Shown here: one piece after another, positions 26,787-37,290 of the stretch
Layout of the letters: each line of letters starts with the position of its first letter
How positions within the stretch are numbered: position 1 is the first letter of the stretch
Source of the DNA: Cyanophora paradoxa CCMP329
Taxonomy: Eukaryota; Plantae; Glaucophyta
Length of the DNA: 64,000 nt
NCBI GenBank assembly: GCA_004431415.1
Contig: QPMI01000706.1
Location: forward strand, 1 to 64,000
Reading direction: 5' to 3'
Program-made: the position numbers and the translations under genes
Notes under the pieces: model-generated
What the model was told of the DNA's origin: nothing
Seen by the model: only the letters and a program-made list of their open reading frames with translations
The model's database searches: none

Positions 26787-27185
26787 GTGGTTAACGATAC
26801 AATTGCTGATATGCTTACACGTATTCGAAATGCAAATTTAGCAAAACATAAAGTTGCACGTGTTAAAGCAACAAAAATAACTCGTTGTTTAGCTAATGTT
26901 TTAAAAGAAGAAGGCTTAATTCAAAATTTTGAAGAAATAGAAAATAATCTTCAAAATGAATTATTAATATCTCTTAAATATAAAGGTAAAAAACGTCAGC
27001 CGATAATTACTGCTTTAAAAAGAATTAGTAAACCAGGTTTACGTGTTTATGCGAATCATAAAGAACTACCTCGTGTATTAGGAGGTTTAGGTATTGCTAT
27101 TCTTTCAACTTCTTCAGGAATTATGACTGATCAGACCGCTCGTCATAAAGGTTGTGGTGGAGAAGTTTTATGTTATATTTGGTAG
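26787..27185 (+). CDS. rps8: 30S ribosomal protein S8 (GTG start)
   Basis: [21 protein letters not shown]. Confidence 0.99.
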   Translation: MVNDTIADMLTRIRNANLAKHKVARVKATKITRCLANVLKEEGLIQNFEEIENNLQNELLISLKYKGKKRQPIITALKRISKPGLRVYANHKELPRVLGGLGIAILSTSSGIMTDQTARHKGCGGEVLCYIW

Positions 27186-27201
27186 ATTTATTAGGTGAAT
27201 T

Positions 27202-27741
27202 ATGTCTCGGATAGGTAAACGATTAATTAATATTCCTAGCCAAGTTACGGTTAGCATCAAGGATCAAGTATTTTCTGTTAAAGGACCAAAAGGAGAGTTA
27301 TCTAAACAAATTCCTTATGGAATTCAAGTAGTTCAACAAAATGATCATTTAGTTGTTGAAAGAGTAGCTGAATCATTATTAGCTCGTAAACTTCATGGAC
27401 TTTGTCGAACTTTGGTTTCTAATTTAGTTCAAGGCGTTTTTCAAGGTTTCGAACGTCGTCTTGAAATTCAAGGAGTTGGATATCGAGCACAAATGGATGG
27501 AAAAAAATTAGTTTTAAATATTGGTTTTAGCCATCCAGTTGTAATTGAACCTCCTACAGAAATCCAATTACAAGTAGAAAACAATACAAATATTATTATA
27601 AAAGGTATTGATAAAGAACTTGTTGGTAAATTAGCAGCAGAAATTCGTGCTGTACGTCCACCAGAACCTTATAAAGGTAAGGGGATTCGATATTTAGGAG
27701 AAAATGTAAAACGTAAAGTTGGAAAAGCAGGTAAGAAATAA
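27202..27741 (+). CDS. rpl6: 50S ribosomal protein L6
   Basis: MSRIGK, RPPEPYKGKGIRY. Confidence 0.99.
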   Translation: MSRIGKRLINIPSQVTVSIKDQVFSVKGPKGELSKQIPYGIQVVQQNDHLVVERVAESLLARKLHGLCRTLVSNLVQGVFQGFERRLEIQGVGYRAQMDGKKLVLNIGFSHPVVIEPPTEIQLQVENNTNIIIKGIDKELVGKLAAEIRAVRPPEPYKGKGIRYLGENVKRKVGKAGKK

Positions 27742-27744
27742 ACC

Positions 27745-28110
27745 ATGAAATTAACTCGTAAACAAGCAACACAGCGTCGCCATCGACGAGTACGTCGTAA
27801 AGTTTTTGGTACTTCTGAACGCCCAAGATTAGCGGTATTTCGTTCACATCAACATATTTATGCTCAAATTATCGATGATACCCAACATCGTACATTAGCT
27901 GCAAGTTCTACATTAGAACCATCAGTAAAAAATTCAGAGCTATCTTCAACTTCTACTTGTGCTGCTTCTGCAATTGTAGGTCAATTAATTGCAAAAAAAG
28001 CACTTGAAAAAGGAATTACTCAAGTAGTATTTGATCGTGGTGGAAAAATTTATCATGGTCGTGTTCGAACTTTAGCTGAAGCAGCACGCGAAGCAGGGTT
28101 ACAATTTTAA
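27745..28110 (+). CDS. rpl18: 50S ribosomal protein L18
   Basis: [20 protein letters not shown]. Confidence 0.99.
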   Translation: MKLTRKQATQRRHRRVRRKVFGTSERPRLAVFRSHQHIYAQIIDDTQHRTLAASSTLEPSVKNSELSSTSTCAASAIVGQLIAKKALEKGITQVVFDRGGKIYHGRVRTLAEAAREAGLQF

Positions 28111-28165
28111 ATAATTTATAAAATTCAATTTTTGAATCTTCCCTATTAAAATAAAAAGGAAAAAA

Positions 28166-28675
28166 ATGGCAAATCGTCAAAAAATGAGTAAAACTCGTGA
28201 TAAAAAACCAGATTGGCAAGAACGAGTAGTTCAAATTCGTCGTGTATCTAAAGTAGTAAAAGGTGGTAAAAAACTAAGCTTTAGAGCAATTGTTGTTATT
28301 GGAAATGAACGTGGTCAAGTTGGTGTAGGTATTGGAAAAGCTAGTGATGTAATCAATGCTGTAAAAAAAGCTGTTGCCGATGGAAAAAAACATGTTGTTG
28401 AAGTTCCATTAACTCGTTCTAATTCTATTCCACACCCAATTGATGGAATTGGCGGGGCAGCACGTGTAATTATGCGACCATCAGCTGAAGGTACTGGAGT
28501 AATTGCAGGTGGAGCTGTACGTACAGTTTTAGAATTAGCTGGAGTTCGAAATATTTTAGCTAAACAACTTGGTTCTAATAATCCGTTGAATAATGCTAGA
28601 GCAGCGATGAATGCTCTTTCTCGTTTAAAAACTTTTTCCCAATTTGCAAAAGATCGCGGTGTAATTGCTGAATAA
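28166..28675 (+). CDS. rps5: 30S ribosomal protein S5
   Basis: [18 protein letters not shown]. Confidence 0.99.
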   Translation: MANRQKMSKTRDKKPDWQERVVQIRRVSKVVKGGKKLSFRAIVVIGNERGQVGVGIGKASDVINAVKKAVADGKKHVVEVPLTRSNSIPHPIDGIGGAARVIMRPSAEGTGVIAGGAVRTVLELAGVRNILAKQLGSNNPLNNARAAMNALSRLKTFSQFAKDRGVIAE

Positions 28676-28756
28676 TTTCTAATAAAAAATATAATATTTT
28701 TATTTTAATAATTTGCATTTTTAAAATAAAAATATTATATTTTTTATTAGAAATTA
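28673..28756. repeat. 36-bp-arm perfect inverted repeat starting at the rps5 stop codon
   Basis: Arms 28673-28708 and 28721-28756, 12-nt loop. Confidence 0.9.
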
Positions 28757-28794
28757 GTATCGAAAAAGAAAAAAAGTTAACAAGGAGTTAGTTA

Positions 28795-30273
28795 ATGCTT
28801 TCAAGATTAATTATTTCAATTTTTATAATTTTTGAAACAATTTATTTGCAAATTTTTAAACCTGTAAATAAAACTTTTAAACAAGGAGAAGCAAAATTAA
28901 AACGAACATTGCAAACGTTACAATCTCGTGAACTTAGTGAAATTAGAAAACGCGCAATTTCCACTTTATGTTTAATTTTTCTAATACGGATAGGTACATT
29001 TTTACCAATACCAGGCACCGGACTCAATTTTGATTTAGAAAGTTTTCAGCAAAATAATTCGAGAAATGAATTAGCTAATATTTTAAATTTATTATCAGGA
29101 GGTGGATTTTTAGAAATAGGATTTTTCACATTAGGTATTTTACCTTATATGAATGCTTCATTTTTCTTACAAGTTTTAACAAAAATATTACCTTCTTTAG
29201 AGCGTTTTCAAAAAGAACAGGAAGAAATCGCACAACGTGAATTTAAAAAATGGACAAGATATTTAACAGTTATTTGGGCTTTTATTCAAAGTATTGTTAT
29301 TTCTTGGATTTGGATTCGTCCATATGCATTAAATTGGGATTTTTTTTTAGGATTAAAGGTTGTTGTTGCATTAACTTTAGGAGCAGTAATTGTTATGATT
29401 ATTGCGGAACAAATTACTGAAATTGGTTTAACCAACGGCTCTTCACTATTAATTTTTATAAATATTATTGCGCGTATTCCTAATTCAATTGAACAATTAT
29501 TTAATTCTAATATCAATTGGACATTTCCAATGATTTCAAGTTTAATATTAAGCTTAAGTTTATCCTTTATAACAATGTTTGTTATTATTGGATTACAAGA
29601 ATCTGGGCGACCTGTTCCAGTTTTAATTGCAAGACAAGAAGCTGAACGTCAAAAGTTTAATGAACCAATTACAGAAGCAGAACGCCGTAAAACACAAGCT
29701 TATATCTTTTTCCAACTTTTACCAGCTGGAATTATGCCGGTTATTTTTGCTTCTACAATTTTTGATTTAGCTCTTCCAGCTTTTACTAATTTCTTATTAC
29801 AACAAGGAAATTGGGGTTACCAATTAATCAAATCGTTTCCTTTTAATTCATTATTTAAAGATTTTTGTTATCTAATAACAATTATGTTATTTAGTTCAAA
29901 TTATGCATTAACAATTATGATTAATCCTAAAACTTTAGCTGAAAATCTTAATTCAATGAACGCATTAATTCCAGGAGTTCGTCCGGGTTCAGAAACAAAA
30001 GTTTATTCAGAACAATTAATTCATCGATTAAATTTTATTGGTTCTTTTGTACTTGCTTTAGTTTGTATTTTACCTTCTATAGTTGAGCGTTCGCTAGGTC
30101 TTCCTAAGTTACAAATTTTAAGTCCAGTTTCAATATCAATTGCTCTTGGTGTTGCAGTTGATACAACACGTCGAATTACTAGTTATTTAGGATCGTCTTC
30201 TCCTTTTAAAAGAGATTCTTCAAAAAGAGAACCTTTAAAACGAGATTTTTCAAAACGACGTTCCGCAAACTAA
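28795..30273 (+). CDS. secY: Preprotein translocase subunit SecY
   Basis: RIG..LPIPG, LGILPY.NAS, G..NGSSLLIF, AGIMPVIFAS, IPGVRPG; follows the spc cluster. Confidence 0.96.
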   Translation: MLSRLIISIFIIFETIYLQIFKPVNKTFKQGEAKLKRTLQTLQSRELSEIRKRAISTLCLIFLIRIGTFLPIPGTGLNFDLESFQQNNSRNELANILNLLSGGGFLEIGFFTLGILPYMNASFFLQVLTKILPSLERFQKEQEEIAQREFKKWTRYLTVIWAFIQSIVISWIWIRPYALNWDFFLGLKVVVALTLGAVIVMIIAEQITEIGLTNGSSLLIFINIIARIPNSIEQLFNSNINWTFPMISSLILSLSLSFITMFVIIGLQESGRPVPVLIARQEAERQKFNEPITEAERRKTQAYIFFQLLPAGIMPVIFASTIFDLALPAFTNFLLQQGNWGYQLIKSFPFNSLFKDFCYLITIMLFSSNYALTIMINPKTLAENLNSMNALIPGVRPGSETKVYSEQLIHRLNFIGSFVLALVCILPSIVERSLGLPKLQILSPVSISIALGVAVDTTRRITSYLGSSSPFKRDSSKREPLKRDFSKRRSAN

Positions 30274-30396
30274 TAATAAATTTAAAAAAAAGATAAACTA
30301 ATTTTATTCTTTTTATTTAAACATTATTTTAATGTTAATAAAAAAGAAATAGTTTATCTTTCTTATTTTATAATGACTTAATTATTCTTTTACAAA

Positions 30397-31368
30397 ATGG
30401 CTTCAATCACTAATATTCTTGCTCCTGTTGAAAATGAATTAGATTTGTTAACAAAAAATCTTAAAAAATTAGTTGGCTCTGGACATCCAATATTATCTGC
30501 TGCTTCTGAACATTTATTTAGCGCAAGTGGAAAAAGACTTCGCCCAGCGATAGTATTGTTAATTTCAAAAGCAACTATGGAAAATGAAATAATTACTTCT
30601 CGTCATCGACGACTTGCTGAAATAACCGAAATTATTCATACAGCAAGTTTAGTTCATGATGATATTTTAGATGAATCCGATGTTCGAAGAGGAATACCAA
30701 CTGTTCATAGTGATTTTGGTACAAAAATTGCAATTTTAGCTGGTGATTTTTTATTTGCTCAATCTTCATGGTATTTAGCAAATCTTGAAAGTTTAGAAGT
30801 TGTGAAATTAATTTCAAAAGTAATTACAGATTTTGCAGAAGGAGAAATCCGACAAGGTTTAAATCAATTTAAAGTAGATGTAACTTTAGAAGAATACTTA
30901 GAAAAAAGTTTTTATAAAACGGCTTCTTTACTTGCTGCAAGTTCTAAAGCTGCTGCTCTATTAAGTCATGTAGATTTAACAGTAGCTAATGATTTATATA
31001 ATTATGGGCGCCATCTAGGATTAGCTTTCCAAATTGTAGATGATATTTTAGATTTTACATCTTCCACAGAAGAATTAGGTAAACCTTCTTGCTCAGATTT
31101 AAAAAAAGGAAATTTAACAGCTCCTGTACTTTTTGCATTAGAACAAAATTCGGAATTAATTCCGTTAATTCAACGCCAATTTTCCGAACCAAAGGATTTT
31201 GAATATACCTTACAAATTGTTGAAGAAACAAAAGCGATTGAGAAAACACGCGAATTAGCTATGGAACATGCTCAAGTAGCAATCCAATGTTTAGAAAATT
31301 TACCTCCTTCTTCATCAAAAGAAGCTTTAAAACTTATTACAAAATATGTTCTTGAGCGATTATATTAA
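30397..31368 (+). CDS. preA: Long-chain trans-prenyl diphosphate synthase (solanesyl-PP type)
   Basis: GKRLRP and two DDxxD motifs (HDDILD..RRG; QIVDDILD). Confidence 0.93.
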   Translation: MASITNILAPVENELDLLTKNLKKLVGSGHPILSAASEHLFSASGKRLRPAIVLLISKATMENEIITSRHRRLAEITEIIHTASLVHDDILDESDVRRGIPTVHSDFGTKIAILAGDFLFAQSSWYLANLESLEVVKLISKVITDFAEGEIRQGLNQFKVDVTLEEYLEKSFYKTASLLAASSKAAALLSHVDLTVANDLYNYGRHLGLAFQIVDDILDFTSSTEELGKPSCSDLKKGNLTAPVLFALEQNSELIPLIQRQFSEPKDFEYTLQIVEETKAIEKTRELAMEHAQVAIQCLENLPPSSSKEALKLITKYVLERLY

Positions 31369-31423
31369 AAAAAAACAATCAATTAAAAAATTCTAATTAT
31401 AGAATTTTTTAATTGATTTAATA

Positions 31424-31511
31424 CGGAGAGAGAGGGATTCGAACCCCCGGAATTCTTTCAAATTCGTCTGATTTCAAGTCAGATGCAATCGACCAACTCT
31501 GCCATCTCTCC
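31424..31511 (-). tRNA. trnS: tRNA-Ser(UGA)
   Basis: TCTGA-CTTGAAA-TCAGA, long variable arm. Confidence 0.96.
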
Positions 31512-31813
31512 AAATTTTAATTTAATAGTAAAATTAAACAAAAAAATAAATTAAAAAATTTACTTTTTAATTTTTAAACTAGTTTTAAATTAATTTTATT
31601 CTAACATAATTTCGATAAAATTAATATAAAACTAAAAAAGTGATTCTAAAATAAAATTAACCAAATTATGATAAATTATGAAATAAAGTTAACGTAAAAA
31701 ATAATTCTTTTTTTTTATAATTTCATCTTCTAAAGAATTTCAATATTTCGAATATATTCTACATCATTATTTCTTTAACTTAAATTTTTCAATTTTATCA
31801 AGGATAATCCAAA

Positions 31814-32803
31814 ATGAGTATTTTTCTTAAAAATAAACAATTTGAAAACATTACATCGCAAGAACAAACCAAAAATAATTATAAGCAATTAATTAATGAT
31901 ATTCAGACATTAAAAAAGGATTTAAATGCAATAATTTTAGCTCATTATTATCAAGAACCTGATATTCAAGATGTAGCTGATTTTTTAGGCGATTCATTAG
32001 GATTAGCTAGAGAAGCTGCTAAAACAAATGCGGATATCATTGTATTTGCTGGTGTTCATTTTATGGCTGAAACAGCAAAAATCTTAAATCCTGAAAAAAT
32101 GGTATTACTTCCAGACTTAAATGCTGGTTGTTCATTAGCTGATAGTTGTCCTCCTGAGATATTTTCCGAATTTAAAAAAGCTCATTCAGATCATTTAGTA
32201 ATTTCTTATATTAATTGTTCAGCTTCAATTAAAGCAATGAGTGATATTATTTGTACGAGTGCAAATGCAGTAGACATTGTAAATAAAATTCCTCTAACTC
32301 AACCAATTTTATTTGCCCCTGATCAAAATTTAGGACGTTATGTAATTTCGAAAACTGGTCGAGATCTTCTTTTATGGCCAGGTAGTTGCATTGTTCATGA
32401 AACGTTTTCGGAAAAAAAGATATTTGAATTTCAATCTCTTTATCCAACAGCTGAAGTCATAGCACATCCTGAATGTGAACCAACAATATTAAAACATGCA
32501 AATTATATCGGTTCAACAACTTCACTTTTACAATATGTAAAAAATAGTAAAAAAACTACTTTTATTGTTATTACCGAACCGGGAATTATTCATCAAATGA
32601 AAAAAAGTTGTCCAGAAAAACAATTTTTAGCATTACCTACTGTTAGTGGGTGTGCTTGTAATGAATGTCCACATATGCGATTAAATACTTTAGAAAAACT
32701 ATATTTAGCAATGAAAACTCGTTCTCCACAAATTGAAATTCCTGAATCAATATTACTAAATGCAAAAAAACCGATTGAAAGAATGTTAGAAATGAGTAAT
32801 TAA
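31814..32803 (+). CDS. nadA: Quinolinate synthase A
   Basis: LAHYYQ, GDSL, GVHFMAE; three Fe-S Cys (GCSLA, SCIVH, CPHM). Confidence 0.97.
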   Translation: MSIFLKNKQFENITSQEQTKNNYKQLINDIQTLKKDLNAIILAHYYQEPDIQDVADFLGDSLGLAREAAKTNADIIVFAGVHFMAETAKILNPEKMVLLPDLNAGCSLADSCPPEIFSEFKKAHSDHLVISYINCSASIKAMSDIICTSANAVDIVNKIPLTQPILFAPDQNLGRYVISKTGRDLLLWPGSCIVHETFSEKKIFEFQSLYPTAEVIAHPECEPTILKHANYIGSTTSLLQYVKNSKKTTFIVITEPGIIHQMKKSCPEKQFLALPTVSGCACNECPHMRLNTLEKLYLAMKTRSPQIEIPESILLNAKKPIERMLEMSN

Positions 32804-32836
32804 TTAATTAATTAATTATTACTCATTTCTAACATT
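32782..32836. repeat. Inverted repeat (19-bp arms, TAAT-repeat core) whose left arm is the last six nadA codons
   Basis: AATGTTAGAAATGAGTAAT-(TAAT)4T-ATTACTCATTTCTAACATT between convergent nadA and apcD. Confidence 0.9.
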
Positions 32837-32840
32837 AAAA

Positions 32841-33329
32841 TTAAGCTGCCATTGCTTGAATAATATAGTCAAAGTATGGTTTTACTTCTTCACTATCTTC
32901 TGGACTTAAAACAGATAAAGTTGAATTTTTTAATGCAGTAATAGCATCTACCATACCAATAACAGGAACTCCTAAAGAGTTATACATTTCGCGTACGCCA
33001 ATGATACCAATTTTTTCAATTGGACGTTGATCACCTGCTAAAATGCCATAAGTTACTAAACGTAAGTACCAACCATAATCACGTAAACAAAGACTTCTTT
33101 GACGTGCTCCATATGCGTTACCACCCGGAGAAATATATTCTGGGTGAACTTGCCAAAGTTGTTTACTAGCTTGCTCAATAATCTTTTTTTCATTTTGAGC
33201 AATATTATTAATAATACTAATTCGTTTATTTCCAGTTTTTAAGAAACTTTTAATAGTTTCTAATTCACCACTGGTAGGGTAACGTAATTCGTCATCGGCA
33301 TTTAATAAAATTTGGGTAACTAAGCTCAT
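32841..33329 (-). CDS. apcD: Allophycocyanin-B alpha subunit
   Basis: [27 protein letters not shown] (ApcD-type). Confidence 0.96.
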   Translation of the reverse strand: MSLVTQILLNADDELRYPTSGELETIKSFLKTGNKRISIINNIAQNEKKIIEQASKQLWQVHPEYISPGGNAYGARQRSLCLRDYGWYLRLVTYGILAGDQRPIEKIGIIGVREMYNSLGVPVIGMVDAITALKNSTLSVLSPEDSEEVKPYFDYIIQAMAA

Positions 33330-33691
33330 TGTTTAAATAATTTATAAATTAAAGATCTTAATTTATAATATATAATGAGAAAAAAGAAAAAAAAAAGGCT
33401 ATATACTACTACTTTAAAGTATTTTAGTTTTTCTATTTGTCTCTTAAATTAAGAAACAAATAGGAAAACTAAATCGTTTTTATCAATTTATAATTTATTT
33501 CTAAAAAAACAAAAAGTCTTAATTTTAGATATTAAAAACAATAATATTTATAGAATTCTTAGTTAATTTAAAATTTTTAATTTTTTTTTTATTTTAAGGA
33601 TTTGTTATAATCATACTAAATAATAGTAGAGAATTTAAGTCAACAAATATCTATATTTATATATATATATCATTAAGAATAGGATTTAATT

Positions 33692-34291
33692 ATGCCAATT
33701 GGGTATCCACTTGTTAAAGCGATGGACAAGGATCGTTTTATCTCATATTTTTTAATAAATAATGCTTTATTAAATGAAAGGGTAATTTTTCTTTGTAATT
33801 ATGAGGATGCTACTGACGAAAGTATTTATATCGGGATGTTATTATATTTAGAAAGTGAAAATTCACAAAAACCAGTTTCTTTTTATATAAATTCTTCCAT
33901 AACTTTTCCAAATCTTTGCTTTGGACTTTATGATACCATATTACAAATAAAAGCTGATATTGTAACCATTTGTCTAGGTTTAGCTGGTGGAATGAGTTCT
34001 TTAATTTTAGCAGCCGGAACCAAAGGACAACGATTTGCGCTTCCAAATTCTCGGATTATGATGCAAGAACCTTTAATTGATGGAGGAGTAAACGGACAAG
34101 CTACTGACTTAGCAATTGAAGCAAAAGAATTAATGGATACTAAGGAAATTTTAATAAATCTTTATCATGAACGAACTGGACAACCAAAACCTGTAATTGA
34201 AAAAGATTTACAACGCCCACGTTATTTTTCTGCACAAGCAGCTAAAGAATATGGTTTTATTGATTCTCTTTTAATGGCATCCAATGGTTAG
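33692..34291 (+). CDS. clpP2: ClpP-family protein, predicted catalytically inactive
   Basis: [35 protein letters not shown]; Ser/His/Asp triad positions read G/Q/P. Confidence 0.88.
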   Translation: MPIGYPLVKAMDKDRFISYFLINNALLNERVIFLCNYEDATDESIYIGMLLYLESENSQKPVSFYINSSITFPNLCFGLYDTILQIKADIVTICLGLAGGMSSLILAAGTKGQRFALPNSRIMMQEPLIDGGVNGQATDLAIEAKELMDTKEILINLYHERTGQPKPVIEKDLQRPRYFSAQAAKEYGFIDSLLMASNG

Positions 34292-34389
34292 ACAATTTCT
34301 TAAATATAATAAAAAATTTATTTATTAAATTATTCGGAACGGCAAATTTTAAGATAATATTGAAATATATTTATTTGGGATATATTTTT

Positions 34390-34497
34390 ATGGTATCAAA
34401 TTTACCTTCTATTCTTGTTCCTATGGTAGGAATTGTCTTACCAGCAATTGTTATGGCATTATTATTTGTTTATATTGAAACAGATGAAATTGCTTAA
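34390..34497 (+). CDS. psaI: Photosystem I subunit VIII
   Basis: Hand translation [35 protein letters not shown]. Confidence 0.95.
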   Translation: MVSNLPSILVPMVGIVLPAIVMALLFVYIETDEIA

Positions 34498-34601
34498 TTT
34501 CTTTTATTAGTTATAAATGTCTAAAGAATAGAGAGTTAAAAAAATTTAACTCTCTATTTTTTTTTAATTAATTTATTACAAAAAATCTTAAATTGATTTT
34601 A

Positions 34602-34724
34602 TTAAATAGAGGAACCTAAACCAGAGTAACCACCATAGAAAAAGATTCCTAGTACACCAATAGCTGCTAAACCTGCAACTGTAGCAACAAGCCATAAAGG
34701 AATGCGTCCACCAGTATTTGCCAT
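34602..34724 (-). CDS. psbJ: Photosystem II protein J
   Basis: [18 protein letters not shown]...[13 protein letters not shown]. Confidence 0.97.
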   Translation of the reverse strand: MANTGGRIPLWLVATVAGLAAIGVLGIFFYGGYSGLGSSI

Positions 34725-34746
34725 AAAGACTCCTTATTGAAGAAAT

Positions 34747-34863
34747 TTAGTTAAAAATGTAGCTAGAGAATAAAATTGCTAATACGAAAATTAAAAGTAA
34801 TCCCCAGAATAGGGAAGTACGATTTAATTCAACTTTTTGTCTATTAGGATTTTGGCTAACCAT
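34747..34863 (-). CDS. psbL: Photosystem II protein L
   Basis: [38 protein letters not shown]. Confidence 0.97.
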   Translation of the reverse strand: MVSQNPNRQKVELNRTSLFWGLLLIFVLAILFSSYIFN

Positions 34864-34872
34864 ATATATCTC

Positions 34873-35001
34873 CTATCGTTGAATAAATTGCATTGCAGTA
34901 ATAGATCCAATAAAAAATACAGCTGGAATTCCAATAGCATGAATTGCTAACCATCTAACTGTAAAAATTGGATAAGAAACCGGTTGATTAGGATTATTCA
35001 T
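34873..35001 (-). CDS. psbF: Cytochrome b559 beta
   Basis: [21 protein letters not shown]...AMQFIQR*. Confidence 0.97.
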   Translation of the reverse strand: MNNPNQPVSYPIFTVRWLAIHAIGIPAVFFIGSITAMQFIQR

Positions 35002-35040
35002 TTCCTTTTTCCTCTTTTAGAAACTATAAATTAATAACGA

Positions 35041-35265
35041 TTAATTAGTTGAAAAACGTTGATTAATAATTGGTACTTCTTGACGTTCTTCAGTGAAGTA
35101 TTCATCTGGTCTTGGAGTACCAAATACATCATAAGCTAAACCAGTACTTACAAAAAGCCAACCTGCAACAAATAAAGATGGAATAGTTACAGTATGAATA
35201 ACCCAATAACGAATACTAGTAACAATGTCAGAAAATGGGCGTTCGCCAGTAGTTCCTCCAGACAT
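35041..35265 (-). CDS. psbE: Cytochrome b559 alpha
   Basis: [20 protein letters not shown]; ATG at 35265 chosen because the AGGAG SD overlaps the upstream GTG. Confidence 0.97.
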   Translation of the reverse strand: MSGGTTGERPFSDIVTSIRYWVIHTVTIPSLFVAGWLFVSTGLAYDVFGTPRPDEYFTEERQEVPIINQRFSTN

Positions 35266-35357
35266 ATAAATCACTCCTAAAAATTATATATATATATATA
35301 TGATGCTTTTATGTATAATAAAAGATTTTATTCAAATTATAGATATTAATTATTCTA

Positions 35358-36359
35358 TTATAATGATACATATCGTAAAAGTGTTCCCTGATTTCCTAGT
35401 ACAAAACCTACTTCTTTATCTATAAAACTAATTTTATAGAAATTTGAAGGAATATTGTCTGTACTTGTTTCTTTTTTCCAAGTATTTCCAGTATCTTGAC
35501 TACTTAAAAGAATACCACTTCCACCTGACACCCAAATTTCTGTTGGAGTCTTAAAAGCTAAATTTAATAAACCTAAGCCAAATCCAACTTTTCCTTCTGG
35601 AGTTTTTGGTCCTTCCCAATTTGGTTCATCAAAAGAGTCATTTGAACTAAACCATAATTGACCACCACGTGTCAACATCCATAAGCGATTATTATTGGTG
35701 AAACCCATACTTTGAATTCTTCGTGAACTTTGGCGTGGATGGGAGATCCACTTATCATCACCTTCTTTCCAAGTGGAATAAAAATTTCCTTTAGCTGATA
35801 CAGCAACATAAGAACCGTTTTCAGAACGAGCCACGGTTCGAATTACACCTAAGGGTTCTTGAATTTGAGCTTTCCAGGTTTGACCAGAATTTTCTGTTCG
35901 ATAAATTGCTCCAATATCTGTTGCAAGCTCTGCTTTTCCTGTTCCTAAAGCCGTAATTAACGCTGGATCTCCGGGTAATTGATTGCTTAATGGAATACGA
36001 CTCCAAGAAGAACCTCCATCTGTTGTATGTAATAAAATTGCAGGCTTACCTGTAACCCATCCTTCTTTTCCAGAAAAACTTATTGAATTTAGTCGATATT
36101 TGTCATCTTCTAAATTTAAACTTCTTAATTCCCAAGTTTTTCCTTTATCCGTTGTTTCAAATAAAGTACTGCGAGTTCCTAATAACCAACCTCTTTGTGG
36201 TTGATCTGGTACAAAACCAATATCTAATAAGATTTCATCAGTATTTAAGGGAATTTGTTCCCATTTATAAGATTCAGCGTGAGTAAAAGAAATATTATAA
36301 AAATTTGTAAGTATAATGACCAAGAAACTCACTATAACTTTTCGCCAATTCAAAATCAT
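35358..36359 (-). CDS. ycf48: PSII assembly factor Ycf48/HCF136
   Basis: Signal peptide, repeated T.DGG.SW (BNR) motifs, SSRRIQSMG; upstream of psbEFLJ as in cyanobacteria. Confidence 0.95.
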
Positions 36360-36587
36360 TTTTTTTATACTAGTTTTAAATTTTTTGCTATTATCCTTAT
36401 CTATCTTAGTCTTAAACCTTCAATAAATTCTATTAAAAATAATAAAATTTCAAGGTTTATTAAAAAAAAAGATATTGTTGTAATAAATTTAAATTTTAAA
36501 ATTTAAATTTTAAAAATCTAAAATAAAAAAGAAAGATTGATTTTCGTTCTTTAAGTTTGATATACTGAATTATATAGAAAAAATTAA

Positions 36588-36661
36588 GGGCTTGTAGCTC
36601 AGTGGACTAGAGCACATGGCTACGAACCATGGTGTCGGGGGTTCGAATCCCTCCTTGCCCG
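36588..36661 (+). tRNA. trnR: tRNA-Arg(ACG)
   Basis: CATGG-CTACGAA-CCATG. Confidence 0.96.
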
Positions 36662-36670
36662 TTAAGAAAA

Positions 36671-37023
36671 AAAACGAACTTAATTTTAAGCCGGGTTTTG
36701 TTTATAAAATGATTATCTGTCTTCAAAATTAATTACTCAATTTTTCTAGCAGTAAAAAATAAATATAAGGAAAGAAAAAAGGTTAATTACTTTCCGCTAA
36801 ACTTTGCTCCTGAACGGGGTTTACTAAGTATAGATTTTGAAATCTAACTGGTTTGCTTTAACCAAGCCTTTGCACCCTTACTTAAAATATTTTTAAGCGG
36901 TGTTTTTCTGTGGCACTATCCTCACGATATCTCGTACTGGGAATTACCCAGCAATTCTAACCTTTAAGGAGCCCGGACTTTCCTCAGATTGAATAAATCT
37001 GTAATCATTAATTAAATTCGTTT
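36671..37023 (-). ncRNA. rnpB: RNase P RNA (bacterial type A, AT-rich)
   Basis: Minus strand carries GAGGAAAGTCCGGGC, AGTGCCACAGAAA, GGGTGCAAAGG, TAAACCCCG...GGAGCAA and 3' ACAAAACCCGGCTTA; ends pair as P1 (AAACGAATTTAATT/AATTAAGTTCGTTT). Confidence 0.95.
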
Positions 37024-37153
37024 AAAGAGTATTTTAACATATTTGTAATTTTTTATAAAAAATTTAATTGAAATTGTATGTTTTATTTGTTATATATATA
37101 TATAGATATCTATCAACATAGATAAAAATCTGAATTTTTATCTAAGTATTTAT

Positions 37154-37227
37154 GGCGATCGTAGCCAAGTGGTTAAGGCAGTGGATTGTGGTTCCACCAC
37201 TCGCGGGTTCAATTCCCGTCGTTCGCC
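37154..37227 (+). tRNA. trnH: tRNA-His(GUG), G-1 encoded
   Basis: GTGGA-TTGTGGT-TCCAC; extra 5' G opposite C73. Confidence 0.96.
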
Positions 37228-37290
37228 CTTTTTTATTAATTTTTTTTAATTAATATATTAAATAAAAATTCTTTAGTTGATAAAGAATAT

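Noticed and set aside
11605-26789. GTG starts of rps20, chlI, rpl3, rps3 and rps8 as evidence of RNA editing
   Set aside because: GTG initiation is normal in cyanobacteria and plastids.
36588-36661. Two U:U mismatches in the tRNA-Arg(ACG) acceptor stem
   Set aside because: Mismatches at these positions are common in plastid trnR-ACG.
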